Positions 1-8,201 of a stretch of 32,000 nucleotides of DNA are shown piece by piece (the stretch's first letter is position 1; each line of letters opens with the position of its first letter). A program made the translations under genes and the position numbers. Below the pieces are notes generated by a model. The model searched no databases. It saw only the letters and a program-made list of their open reading frames with translations, and had not been told where the DNA came from. Source of the stretch: Candidatus Saccharimonadota bacterium (GTDB taxonomy: Archaea; Micrarchaeota; Micrarchaeia; Micrarchaeales; Micrarchaeaceae); assembly GCA_963698035.1 (NCBI GenBank), contig OY969114.1, forward strand, positions 300,001 to 332,000. The letters run 5' to 3'.

Positions 1-377
1 CCTTTACCGGGCTGCTTACATCCGCTACAAAAGCACTTGAAAATCATCCGGTGAAGGACGTCGCCTATTCGTTGCAGGAGACCTCCTTCTCGATGCTATG
101 CGAGGCTACCGAGAGAGCGCTCCTCCTCGCGAGAAAGAGGGAGCTTATGGTCTGCGGCGGAGTTGCACAAAGTGCGAGGCTGAAGGAGATGCTGGCCACG
201 ATGACAAGATCCCACAGCGTAAGGTTTTCTGTCTCTCCAAACGAGTTGAACGCGGATAACGGCGCCATGATATCGGTAGTTGCTGACAGGATGTTCCGTG
301 CGGGGGAGCGCTACAACGACAGTGCGATAACAATCAACCAAAGATACAGGGTGGACACTGTAAAGGTGACATGGTAA
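1..377 (+). CDS. kae1: Kae1/OSGEP tRNA t6A threonylcarbamoyltransferase, C-terminal part (5' end lies outside the window)
   Basis: The frame is open from the window edge; FTGLLTSATKALENHP precedes the GTG where the ORF track starts. The C-terminal sequence ...LMVCGGVAQSARLKEML...ADNGAMISV... fits the Kae1 ASKHA fold. An overlapping Bud32 gene follows directly, which is the conserved archaeal pairing. Confidence 0.8.
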   Translation, partial: FTGLLTSATKALENHPVKDVAYSLQETSFSMLCEATERALLLARKRELMVCGGVAQSARLKEMLATMTRSHSVRFSVSPNELNADNGAMISVVADRMFRAGERYNDSAITINQRYRVDTVKVTW

Positions 378-1006
378 TACTTATGAAGAAGATAGGGGAG
401 GGCGCCGAGGCGGTAGTTTACTATGGGAAGTTTCTTGGCAGGGATGCGATAGTCAAGGACAGGGTAAAGAAAGGCTACAGGATTCCTGAGATAGACGGCG
501 AAATAAGGTTGCAGCGCACAAGAAGGGAGGCGAAGATACTCGGGGTTGCGTCTGGGGCGGGAATAAACGTGCCGCGAGTGCTACTTGCGGCAAAGACAAA
601 GATATTCATGAGCAAGATAGACGGAATTGGGATGGCTGGGGTGATGCGGGGCGAGCACGACATTCCAGGGGGGATGCTCGAAAGGGCGATATACGATGCT
701 GGCAGGGCCGCGGGCGCGCTCCACAACTCCGATATAGCCCACGGAGATTACACCCCCGCGAATCTTATAATCGACCATAAAGGAAGGCTTTGGGTAATAG
801 ACTTCGGCCTGGCTGCCATGACCAAGTCTGTGGAAGAGAAAGCGCTCGACCTTCTCTTGATGAAGAGATCGCTGGAGAAGGCGCTCTTCCAGAAGTTCAT
901 GGACGGCTACAGGACCGTCTCGAAGGGCCAAGTCGAGATAATTGATAGGCTCAGAGAAATAGAGAGGCGCGGGAGATACCAGTCAAGAACGCTGCTTCCT
1001 GGCTGA
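371..1006 (+). CDS. bud32: Bud32/PRPK-type small atypical protein kinase (KEOPS subunit)
   Basis: It has the G-loop IGEGAEAVVY, catalytic HGDYTPANLII and DFGLA. The ATG at 371 overlaps the kae1 stop (ATGGTAA), and an SD-like AAAGGTGA lies at 362-369. The start could instead be the ATG at 383. Confidence 0.85.
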   Translation: MVILMKKIGEGAEAVVYYGKFLGRDAIVKDRVKKGYRIPEIDGEIRLQRTRREAKILGVASGAGINVPRVLLAAKTKIFMSKIDGIGMAGVMRGEHDIPGGMLERAIYDAGRAAGALHNSDIAHGDYTPANLIIDHKGRLWVIDFGLAAMTKSVEEKALDLLLMKRSLEKALFQKFMDGYRTVSKGQVEIIDRLREIERRGRYQSRTLLPG

Positions 1007-1891
1007 TCAGAAGGAGCTTACATTCGAATATCTGATTGATGGCTGCACAGACGGTATGCTTTCAATGCTCTCGAGGGGGGTGACTGCGCGTTTCGAGGAG
1101 GCAAGCGTTATTATACCTGTGAAGGAGAGCACGCTTATCAGTATGCTGTAGAGCTGGGAGTTCTGCAGGTAGATGTAGCTGAATGCGGCTGTTGATAGGA
1201 ATCCTATAAATATGCCGAATGCGTATGCCTTGCGCGACCCCGCCAATATCATTATGCCGGCTATGAATTCGACTATCATAAGAATAAGCCCACCTATCAG
1301 CATCAGATACGCATAATTGAACTGGTAGACAAAGTTTAGCTCGATGAAGTTATGGAGGCCGACCTGAAGCACGTTCTGCGAGACATATATTAGGAGGTTG
1401 TTTAGGAAAAAGACATAAATGAAGATTCCGACTATGAAAACCGTAGCAGCGAGGAGGCCTAACTTGTTGTATTCAAATGCACCCTCCGCGGACGCGGCAG
1501 ATGAGGCTGAATCTATGTCCTCGAGGCAGTAATACCTGCCATTGTACTCTGATATGTCCTCGTAGCAGTAGGGCTTTGTGCACTTGTAGCATATCGCATA
1601 TGCAGACCTCCACGGATGCCATTCGCAGAAGAGGCCTGATGCCGCTTCCCTGCTCTTCGCCTCGTACTTCCCCCTGCTCCTCCTAGACGGCGTTTTTTCC
1701 TCTACTGTGCTTTCGGGTGTTGGAGGAACAACAAAAACATTTTCCTCTTTTGTGGGAGGGATTGGCTTGGCAGCATTACGCCGATGCGGCACTGGCTGCG
1801 TGGGTTGCTTCTGGGGTTGCGGTTGCATCTGCTGGACCTGCTGCCTCTTCTCGCGTAGCTTGAAGATTAGCATGTCGCTCTTTTCAACCAT
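1007..1891 (-). CDS. Hypothetical membrane protein with a Q/P-rich disordered N-terminus, a Cys/His zinc-ribbon or B-box-like module and about 5 TM helices
   Basis: The 294-aa ORF contains CEWHPWRSAYAICYKCTKPYCYEDISEYNGRYYC followed by long hydrophobic segments. It starts 4 nt after the stop of the eS26-like gene on the same strand. Confidence 0.6.
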   Translation of the reverse strand: MVEKSDMLIFKLREKRQQVQQMQPQPQKQPTQPVPHRRNAAKPIPPTKEENVFVVPPTPESTVEEKTPSRRSRGKYEAKSREAASGLFCEWHPWRSAYAICYKCTKPYCYEDISEYNGRYYCLEDIDSASSAASAEGAFEYNKLGLLAATVFIVGIFIYVFFLNNLLIYVSQNVLQVGLHNFIELNFVYQFNYAYLMLIGGLILMIVEFIAGIMILAGSRKAYAFGIFIGFLSTAAFSYIYLQNSQLYSILISVLSFTGIITLASSKRAVTPLESIESIPSVQPSIRYSNVSSF

Positions 1892-1894
1892 AGA

Positions 1895-2125
1895 TTAGAA
1901 CCTTTTGGCCCTTTCTATTGCCTGGCGCTTCTTCTTCTCGAATATTCCCCTGTGCTTGGCGCAGCTTATGCAGTATTGTACCTTGCGCCTCTCGAAGAAC
2001 CTGACATCGTTAGCGGTCTTTAGCTCTGTGCTGAACCTTATCGCCTTTTCGTCTATGATGGCCTTGTTCCTTGGGACCTTCCTGCCACAGGATTCGCAGA
2101 CCACCAATGTATCACTTCCGCGCAA
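1895..2125 (-). CDS. rps26e: Ribosomal protein eS26-like zinc-ribbon protein
   Basis: VVCESCGRKVPRNKAI ... YCISCAKHRGI matches the eS26 pattern (C-x2-C-G-x-x-VP-x-x-KAI ... YC-x-SCA-x-H). It uses a TTG start at 2125 with GGAAGGTG upstream, and the frame is closed by a stop just upstream (2147-2149). The basic N-terminal tail typical of eS26 is missing. Confidence 0.55.
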   Translation of the reverse strand: MRGSDTLVVCESCGRKVPRNKAIIDEKAIRFSTELKTANDVRFFERRKVQYCISCAKHRGIFEKKKRQAIERAKRF

Positions 2126-2193
2126 AAAAACACCTTCCGGATACGTTTATTCTATCACAAAGCTTATTAACCATATCCGCCAATTTTGATAGG

Positions 2194-2853
2194 ATGTACT
2201 GCATGAAAGCATATATCGTTGCAGAGCAGAAAGAGCTCGGCATCAGGCTTGCAAACATGATCAACAGGAGCGGCAGTATGTGCATAATAAGCGATGCGAG
2301 CGCCACGGATTACAGGACACTCCTTAGCGACATAAAGGGCTCTATAGCGAGCTTCGATCTTGCGATACTCGTGTCGAAGGCGCCGATCGAGGCGTGCATT
2401 GAGGCGAATAGGATGGGTGGCATAAGGGCAACTGTCTGCAAGGACGTTGAGGACACGAAGGCAGCCATCAAGGCGAGGGCGAACCTGATAGTTTTCGATT
2501 CGGCAAAGATATACAAGATGGACACGCGGGCGATGCTGAAGAGTATACAGGATTCATTCGAGGAGCCGGAAAGCGGAGCGGCGCCTCAGGAACGAAAGGC
2601 AATGTCGCAGGCTCCAGCGTCCAAGCCAATGCCGGTAAAGACACCGGGCGGTGGAGGATTTTTCGGATCGATAAAGAGTGTGTTCGGGGCGGATGAATCA
2701 GCTCTGGAGGAGAGAGGCCAGAAGATGGAGCCGCCTAAGAAGAAGCCCGTTGAGAAAAAGCCACAAAAATTAGAGGAGGAGATGCCACCCTCGAAAAAGA
2801 AGGGAAAGGGAGGCATCTTTGACTCATTGAAGGATACATTCGGGGTTGAGTGA
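2194..2853 (+). CDS. Hypothetical protein with an RpiB/LacAB-like (probably non-catalytic) domain and a K/P/E-rich tail carrying two amphipathic GG[FI]FxS[IL]KxxFG motifs
   Basis: DLAILVSKAPIEACIEANRMGGIRATVCKDVEDTKAAIKARANLIVFDS aligns by eye with the RpiB motif GILICGTGxGxSIAANKxxGIRAxxCxxxxxAxxxRxHNxxNVLxxG. The catalytic Cys position is not conserved. The ORF-track start at 2071 would overlap the divergent eS26 gene, so the ATG at 2194 or 2203 downstream of AT-rich TATA-like boxes is more likely. Confidence 0.5.
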   Translation: MYCMKAYIVAEQKELGIRLANMINRSGSMCIISDASATDYRTLLSDIKGSIASFDLAILVSKAPIEACIEANRMGGIRATVCKDVEDTKAAIKARANLIVFDSAKIYKMDTRAMLKSIQDSFEEPESGAAPQERKAMSQAPASKPMPVKTPGGGGFFGSIKSVFGADESALEERGQKMEPPKKKPVEKKPQKLEEEMPPSKKKGKGGIFDSLKDTFGVE

Positions 2854-3167
2854 TTTCTTTGATATTGGAACGCCACAGCGTGATAAGGCAATCGATACCT
2901 GCAGTCAGGATAGCCGTCGCAAAACTGCTGAAATCTAAGTACAGCATGGGGCAGGCGGAGATTGCGAAAAGGATGGGGATAACACAGGCGGCCGTGAACA
3001 AGTACCTGAACGGAAAATATTCTAATCGGATAAAGAGGACCGTGACTGGGATAAAGGCAGCTGGTTTCGATAAGAAGATTGCAAGAATGGTTGTCTCCGG
3101 AAAGAGTATCTCACTGGTAAATGAGAGTATAGATAGAATTGCGGCGAGCATCTATACCGGCAGATGA
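2850..3167 (+). CDS. Small helix-turn-helix transcriptional regulator
   Basis: SMGQAEIAKRMGITQAAVNKYLNG is a classic HTH. The GTG start overlaps the upstream stop (GTGA). Confidence 0.65.
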   Translation: MISLILERHSVIRQSIPAVRIAVAKLLKSKYSMGQAEIAKRMGITQAAVNKYLNGKYSNRIKRTVTGIKAAGFDKKIARMVVSGKSISLVNESIDRIAASIYTGR

Positions 3168-3330
3168 TCTCTATACTCATGCAGACGAAGCTAGTTCATA
3201 CATGATAAGTTAAATATAGAATATTACAAGTACACAGCGGGAGGGCATTTTAATACGGAGGCGTTTCCAGAGTTGATTGATGCTATATTGAAGGAGCTAA
3301 TCCAGAAAAAGGGCTCGTAGTCGCATTCCT

Positions 3331-3349
3331 TCTGCAAATAAAAAAGCTT
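3331..3349 (-). terminator. T-rich putative archaeal terminator after the translin-like gene
   Basis: The minus strand reads TGA-AAGCTTTTTTATTTGC immediately after the stop at 3350-3352. Confidence 0.35.
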
Positions 3350-3925
3350 TCATTTTGATTCCCTGCTCTTGAACATAAGTATCTCACTGCCTGCGTTTTC
3401 TATCTGGATCCTTGCAGTGTCCTGCTTCTTCCTAAATCCCCCCATTATTGACTCTGCAAACCTGAGGCTCCTTGTCGAATCGTAAATCTGCTTCATGAGG
3501 TCGAAGTATTCTTCTGCGGTCTTCGTGTCGTACTTCCTCAACGATTCGAGTATCTCTCTCTTCAATTCGCCAACCGCGTCCATCATGCCAAGAAGATAGG
3601 CGTCGTCGTCCATGCTGAGCGACTTTTGTGTTGGTATTGAGCCGGCTTTCTTTATCTGCATAAGGATTGATGCCTCTACGTACTCTTGGTAAGCCTGCAC
3701 GGTGTAATACTTGAATTGCAAGTCAAGCTTCTGCAGCGCATTTACATTCTCCCTTATCTGGCGTATCTCAGTTGCTGCTTTCTGCATCTCGTTGTTGTGC
3801 AGCATGGTTATCGCCTGCGCTGAAGAGGCTATTATCTTTCTTGAGAGCGCCATGACCCTCTCGAACCTCTCCATCTTCTTCTCAAGATTGGATTTTATCC
3901 TCTTTACTTCGTCATCCAGTTTCAT
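3350..3925 (-). CDS. Translin-family protein (COG2178-like predicted nucleic-acid-binding protein)
   Basis: It is all-helical, and DDAYLLGMMDAVGELKREILESL matches the translin/TRAX Y-L-x-G-x-x-D-x-x-GEL-x-R signature. An AGGGGT SD lies upstream. Its ATG overlaps the stop of the displaced glycosylase C-terminal fragment. Confidence 0.65.
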   Translation of the reverse strand: MKLDDEVKRIKSNLEKKMERFERVMALSRKIIASSAQAITMLHNNEMQKAATEIRQIRENVNALQKLDLQFKYYTVQAYQEYVEASILMQIKKAGSIPTQKSLSMDDDAYLLGMMDAVGELKREILESLRKYDTKTAEEYFDLMKQIYDSTRSLRFAESIMGGFRKKQDTARIQIENAGSEILMFKSRESK

Positions 3926-4025
3926 TCTATTACCCCTTTCGAAGACCTGCCCTGCCAGAAGAGATACTGCTGGGCGTAACCGGAATACTTTCCGAACCTA
4001 TCTTTTGCGAATTCCTGCAGGTCCT

Positions 4026-4814
4026 TCATCTTTTTTTCTTCCCTTTGAAGTAGACTCTCTCTAGCATTCTCTCAACCCAGACGTCTATCGGAAATGCCTC
4101 TAGGTTGCCGTATCCCATGAGGACTATACAGTCTGCTACCTTCTCTCCAACCCCTTTTATAGACATAAGGCTCTCTTTCAGCTTATCGTACTTTGCCGCG
4201 GGCAGCTTGTGAAGGTCGATGTTGTAGGTGCAGTAGTTGGCGGCCTCCTTGAGGTACTTTGCCCTGAAGCCAGCGCCGAGCGCCCTGTAGTCCTGCTCGG
4301 TCGCCTTAAGCAGGTCCCTGCTCTGTGGAAAGCTCTTGGCGATTACCTTGCCGTAATCGTCGGTTATGTCGCTGCCGAACCTGTTTATTATGTTCCTGGT
4401 GGTTAGCCTAATCCTCTTGACGTTGTTGAACTGCGATAGTATGAAGACCATTGTTGTCTCCCATGGGTCGTTGACCGTTAGCCGCATGCCGCGGTAGCTG
4501 CTAACCGCCTTTTTCATGAAGTTGTCCGTTGATATCTTCTTGTATACCAGCTGCATATTGTCGTCAAGCCTGAAACGCCTCCTTACCTCAGATGCCGCCC
4601 TTGCTGAATTTCTGCTTACAACTTTTATGATACCTTTGTCGGTGCCACCCGCGTGCATCATGTTTATGACCATTGAGTCGTACGGATAGGTTAGCGTGCC
4701 GCTCGCGTGGCTGTAGTCCGCGTAGAAGGTGAGCGGCTGCGCGCTCTCAAATGTGTGCCTTAGGTTGAATAACGATACAGGCATTTGCTGCATCGATACA
4801 TTTGTGCTGCTCAA
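4026..4814 (-). CDS. HhH-GPD DNA glycosylase (OGG/AlkA-like), interrupted near its 3' end; the homologous reading continues to 3922 in another frame
   Basis: The HhH-GPD region is LMSIKGVGEKVADCIVLMGYGNLEAFPIDVWVERML. The ORF stops just after a poly-A run (plus-strand T7, 4031-4037). The next frame encodes KDLQEFAKDRFGKYSGYAQQYLFWQG, the usual C-terminal helix of this family. Confidence 0.75.
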   Translation of the reverse strand: MSSTNVSMQQMPVSLFNLRHTFESAQPLTFYADYSHASGTLTYPYDSMVINMMHAGGTDKGIIKVVSRNSARAASEVRRRFRLDDNMQLVYKKISTDNFMKKAVSSYRGMRLTVNDPWETTMVFILSQFNNVKRIRLTTRNIINRFGSDITDDYGKVIAKSFPQSRDLLKATEQDYRALGAGFRAKYLKEAANYCTYNIDLHKLPAAKYDKLKESLMSIKGVGEKVADCIVLMGYGNLEAFPIDVWVERMLERVYFKGKKKR

Positions 4815-4818
4815 TATA

Positions 4819-6309
4819 TCATTCCTGCGACATGCGAGGTGCTACGGAATACTCCTTTTGAAGGAAGCCCTCTATCTCGTCCACTCCCAGCCTCTGCTGC
4901 GACTTGTCATCGCGGTTGCGTATCGTCACGGTGTTGTATTCTTTTGAGGCCTTGTCCATAGTGTTGTAATCTACGGTTATGCAGTAAGGAGTTCCTATGT
5001 CATCCATTCTTGCGTACCTTCTTCCTATCGATCCGGAGTAGTCGGTGACGACCTTGAACCTTCTGGAGAGCCTCTCCCTCATCTCCTCTACCTTTTCGTT
5101 AAGGTTGCCCTCCTTCTGTAGAGGGAATATAGCAGCCTGGTACGGAGCGAGGAATTTGGGGAGCGCCAAGATGCTTCGCTCTCCGTCTTTCTTGTAGAAA
5201 ACGTCTATAAGCATCCAGATGTTCCTGTCAACCCCGAAGCTAAGTTCAAGCACGTGCGGCATGACCTTCTTGCCGCCCACGGATACGGAAAGGTCTTGGT
5301 TCGAGCCCTTCGAGTGCGACTTCAGGTCGTAATCGGTCCTGTAGTGCAGGCCCCCTATTTCATTGAAGCCAGACCAGCTCTCGACGTCTACCTCGATGTC
5401 CATGTGCACCTTGTTGTAGAATGCCTTTTCGTCGCCCCCCTTCTCGAGGAACCTGAACCTCTCTTTCGGAACGCCGATTATCTCAGTATAGAAGATGTCT
5501 ATCAGCGCCATATGATAAGCATAAAATTCGGGGATATCGTAGGCGCTACACAGCTCTGCCAATGTTATCGACTGCGACTTCTTGTCTCTGTATGTAACTA
5601 CGCTTACCTTCCGCTTGGAGAACTTGTGGAAGTCTGGTTTCCAGCTTTCAGGATCGAAAAATATCTGCAGCTCTGCCTGGATAAGCTCTCTCATCCTGTA
5701 GAGTCCCTTCCTTGGCGATATCTCATTGCGATATGCCCTGCCTATTATCGCGAGCGCAAACGGTAGCGACTTTCTAAGGGCGTTGAACTCTTGGGGGAAG
5801 TCAAGGTATGCGGACTGAGCGGTTTCCGGCCTCAGGTAGCCCTTGTCTGCCTTTTCCGGGCCGAGACTGACCCCTATCATCATATTGAATGACTTTGACT
5901 TTCCAAGGTCGCCGCCGCACTTGGGGCACTTTATCTTGTTGTCGTATACTAACTTATCCATCTCCTCGGGAGTTGCGCCTTCGGATACATTTATCTTCTT
6001 CTCAGATAACACTGCATCGGTCCTGTAGTAGGTCTTGCACTTTGTGCAGCCCACTAAAACGTCGTTGAACCTGGATGCGTGGCCCGAGGAGATAAACGGC
6101 TTCTCCGGAAGCATGTTGGACCCGTCTATGAGGTGGTAGTCCTGGTTGGAGTCGACGAAGTACGATAGCCAGAAATTCTCGAAGCGCCTCTTCAGGAGTG
6201 CGCCAAGGTGACCATAATCGAATAGGCCCGTGGCTCCGCCATATATCTCTGCGCTAGGCCAGAAGAAGCCCTTGCTCTTCGCGTATGCCAGAAGGTCATC
6301 TATTTTCAT
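4819..6309 (-). CDS. glyS: Glycyl-tRNA synthetase (archaeal/eukaryotic class II type)
   Basis: The N-terminus is KGFFWPSAEIYGGATGLFDYGHLG. It has a Zn-ribbon insertion (CTKCKTYYRTD...KCPKCGG), FRNEISPRxGLxRxREF-like motif 2 and SFGVDR motif 3. Confidence 0.9.
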   Translation of the reverse strand: MKIDDLLAYAKSKGFFWPSAEIYGGATGLFDYGHLGALLKRRFENFWLSYFVDSNQDYHLIDGSNMLPEKPFISSGHASRFNDVLVGCTKCKTYYRTDAVLSEKKINVSEGATPEEMDKLVYDNKIKCPKCGGDLGKSKSFNMMIGVSLGPEKADKGYLRPETAQSAYLDFPQEFNALRKSLPFALAIIGRAYRNEISPRKGLYRMRELIQAELQIFFDPESWKPDFHKFSKRKVSVVTYRDKKSQSITLAELCSAYDIPEFYAYHMALIDIFYTEIIGVPKERFRFLEKGGDEKAFYNKVHMDIEVDVESWSGFNEIGGLHYRTDYDLKSHSKGSNQDLSVSVGGKKVMPHVLELSFGVDRNIWMLIDVFYKKDGERSILALPKFLAPYQAAIFPLQKEGNLNEKVEEMRERLSRRFKVVTDYSGSIGRRYARMDDIGTPYCITVDYNTMDKASKEYNTVTIRNRDDKSQQRLGVDEIEGFLQKEYSVAPRMSQE

Positions 6310-6354
6310 AGAACCCCGTATACAATCTGTTGCATCAATATAAAAGGATTGCAG

Positions 6355-7584
6355 CTATTTCGGCTTCAGGATGAACATACCATACCTATCCACATCTATG
6401 TAGCGGCTGCAGAATGCCCTAAGGTCGTCGATGCTCAGCCCCTTCAGCAGCTCTGGCATCTTCAATGGCAGCTCTGGGTCGTCCTCAATCAGCGCGGATA
6501 GTGCCATCCATATCGATATCATCAGCGTGCTCTCCCTGCCCATTATGTACTCGACAATGGTGCCGGTCTTTATCATCTTGAACTGGCCGGGGTCTATCTC
6601 GCCGTTCTGCAGCCTCTCGAACTCTTTTAGGATTACCCGCCTCGTCTCATCAATTTTGCTCTTCTCTATTCCTGCGCCTGCGCCTATGAAACCGAATGTG
6701 GATTGGGTAACCGAATCTGCGATTGGGTCATATGACAGTCCCCTCTTCTCCCTTACCTCGTCGAAGAGCCTGTGGTCTAGTAGTTTCTCTGCAATTGTTG
6801 ATGCGAGGTAGTCCTTCATTCTCGTGCTTGAAAAGGCGGTGGTCTTGAAGCCTATGCCTATTCTTGTTTGCTTTATTCCACTCCTTGATTCGGTAATTGT
6901 GGCTCTATCCTGTTTCTCGGTGCAGATTCTCCTTTTGGGCGCGGCCACCTTTTTGCTGAAGTGACCGAAAAACTTCTTTGCCCCTTGCAATGCAGCCTTT
7001 GTGCTTATACCCCCGTATATTGAAATCACCATGTTCCTTGGGCCATAGTATCTCTCGTATACACCTAGCACATCGCTGCGGCTTATCGCGTTTATGGTTT
7101 TCCTGTCCCTGTTTGCTATGTTCCTCGCAGGATACTTCTTGAAGAGCACCCTAGACAGATTTTCCTCGAGTATGTCTTGCGGATTGTCATGACGCATCAG
7201 AAGCTCATTTATCATCGGCCCCCTCTCCTTCTGCAGCTCTTTCTCAAGTATCGTGGAGTTTATCATTATGTCCGACATGAGGTCCATCATCTTGGAGAAG
7301 TAGCCCTTGTATCCCTGCAGAAGGTACACGGTAGTCTCATATTCGGTAAATGCGTTTCTCGTTACGCCCAGCTCCTTGAACTCCCTGTTGATGTCCTCCC
7401 AAGTTCTCTTCTTCGTTCCCTGGAAGAGCATGTGCTCGAGAAAGTGCGATTCCTCTATCCTGTCTTTCCTGTCATCAATGAGGCCGTATCTTACGCCGAC
7501 AGATATTCCTATCGTCTGCGCCGAAGGAAGAGCGGTTGCAATGACGCGCATTCCGTTGTCAAGAGTCTCGAGCTTTGTTTGCAT
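6355..7584 (-). CDS. M16 (pitrilysin/insulinase) family zinc peptidase
   Basis: It carries the inverted zinc motif HFLEHMLFQGT (HxxEH) near the N-terminus. The 409-aa length is typical of stand-alone archaeal M16 proteins. Confidence 0.8.
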   Translation of the reverse strand: MQTKLETLDNGMRVIATALPSAQTIGISVGVRYGLIDDRKDRIEESHFLEHMLFQGTKKRTWEDINREFKELGVTRNAFTEYETTVYLLQGYKGYFSKMMDLMSDIMINSTILEKELQKERGPMINELLMRHDNPQDILEENLSRVLFKKYPARNIANRDRKTINAISRSDVLGVYERYYGPRNMVISIYGGISTKAALQGAKKFFGHFSKKVAAPKRRICTEKQDRATITESRSGIKQTRIGIGFKTTAFSSTRMKDYLASTIAEKLLDHRLFDEVREKRGLSYDPIADSVTQSTFGFIGAGAGIEKSKIDETRRVILKEFERLQNGEIDPGQFKMIKTGTIVEYIMGRESTLMISIWMALSALIEDDPELPLKMPELLKGLSIDDLRAFCSRYIDVDRYGMFILKPK

Positions 7585-7621
7585 AGAGGAGTTTTTGACT
7601 GGTGTTTATTAAGTATCTTTC

Positions 7622-8071
7622 TTATTCTTGGTCGAAATCGACGTTGGGATGCAATGCCTCCTCAATGGAGGGCGCTACCTCATTTGGATCAACTACGCCC
7701 CTGCGGAGCACATTTGCAAGAGCTCTGCGCAGCATGCGGATTCCGTTGCTGCTAACGGCTGACGTACCGGTATACGACCTGGGCTGCTGCGCATCCAGAT
7801 TTGTGCTGCTTTCAACGGGAGATGGCAGAGATAGCTGCGCGAGCATCATCACTTCTGCTATTTGCTTCTCTATCTTGTCTGGCGGAACTTCTGCAGCCAA
7901 GCCATTATCAAATTTTACAGGCGGCGGTAGCGGCGCAGGAATCGGATCTTTATCGTCTGGCACTGGCCCTATAAATTTCTTTATCGTCTCGACTCTTGAC
8001 CTTCTTCCCAATCCTTCAAGCTGGGATATGTAATCCGGATATCTTGGATTGTACTTATTTCTGTTGGTCAT
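7622..8071 (-). CDS. Hypothetical Pro-rich protein
   Basis: This is a 149-aa ATG ORF on the same strand as its neighbours. The opposite-strand ORF (7602-8033) looks like an antisense shadow. I recognised no motif. Confidence 0.45.
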   Translation of the reverse strand: MTNRNKYNPRYPDYISQLEGLGRRSRVETIKKFIGPVPDDKDPIPAPLPPPVKFDNGLAAEVPPDKIEKQIAEVMMLAQLSLPSPVESSTNLDAQQPRSYTGTSAVSSNGIRMLRRALANVLRRGVVDPNEVAPSIEEALHPNVDFDQE

Positions 8072-8201
8072 GTTTCCACTCTCAACAACTAGGAAGACTT
8101 GGAGCGCATTAGGTATTTATATGCTGCTCCGCTTCCATTTTTGCAAAAGCACTATTATTTTATACCTTGCATGAGAATACCACTCTAACTGTGGTGGTAA
8201 C

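Noticed and set aside
1790-1830. A shared QPQPQK peptide in the membrane protein N-terminus (1007-1891) and the wHTH C-terminus (23240-23578), which might suggest a repeated module.
   Set aside because: It is a short, low-complexity CAR/CCN repeat with different codons in the two genes and no flanking similarity, so it is most likely coincidental.
3168-3349. A 182-nt gene-free spacer that might hold a C/D box sRNA or another ncRNA, given the Nop5 gene nearby. The same was considered for 22089-22236 and 29370-29488.
   Set aside because: I found no RUGAUGA/CUGA box pairs in the right spacing on either strand, no tRNA-like stems, and only a 43-codon ORF without a usable start. The spacer is best explained as convergent 3' UTRs with a T-rich terminator.
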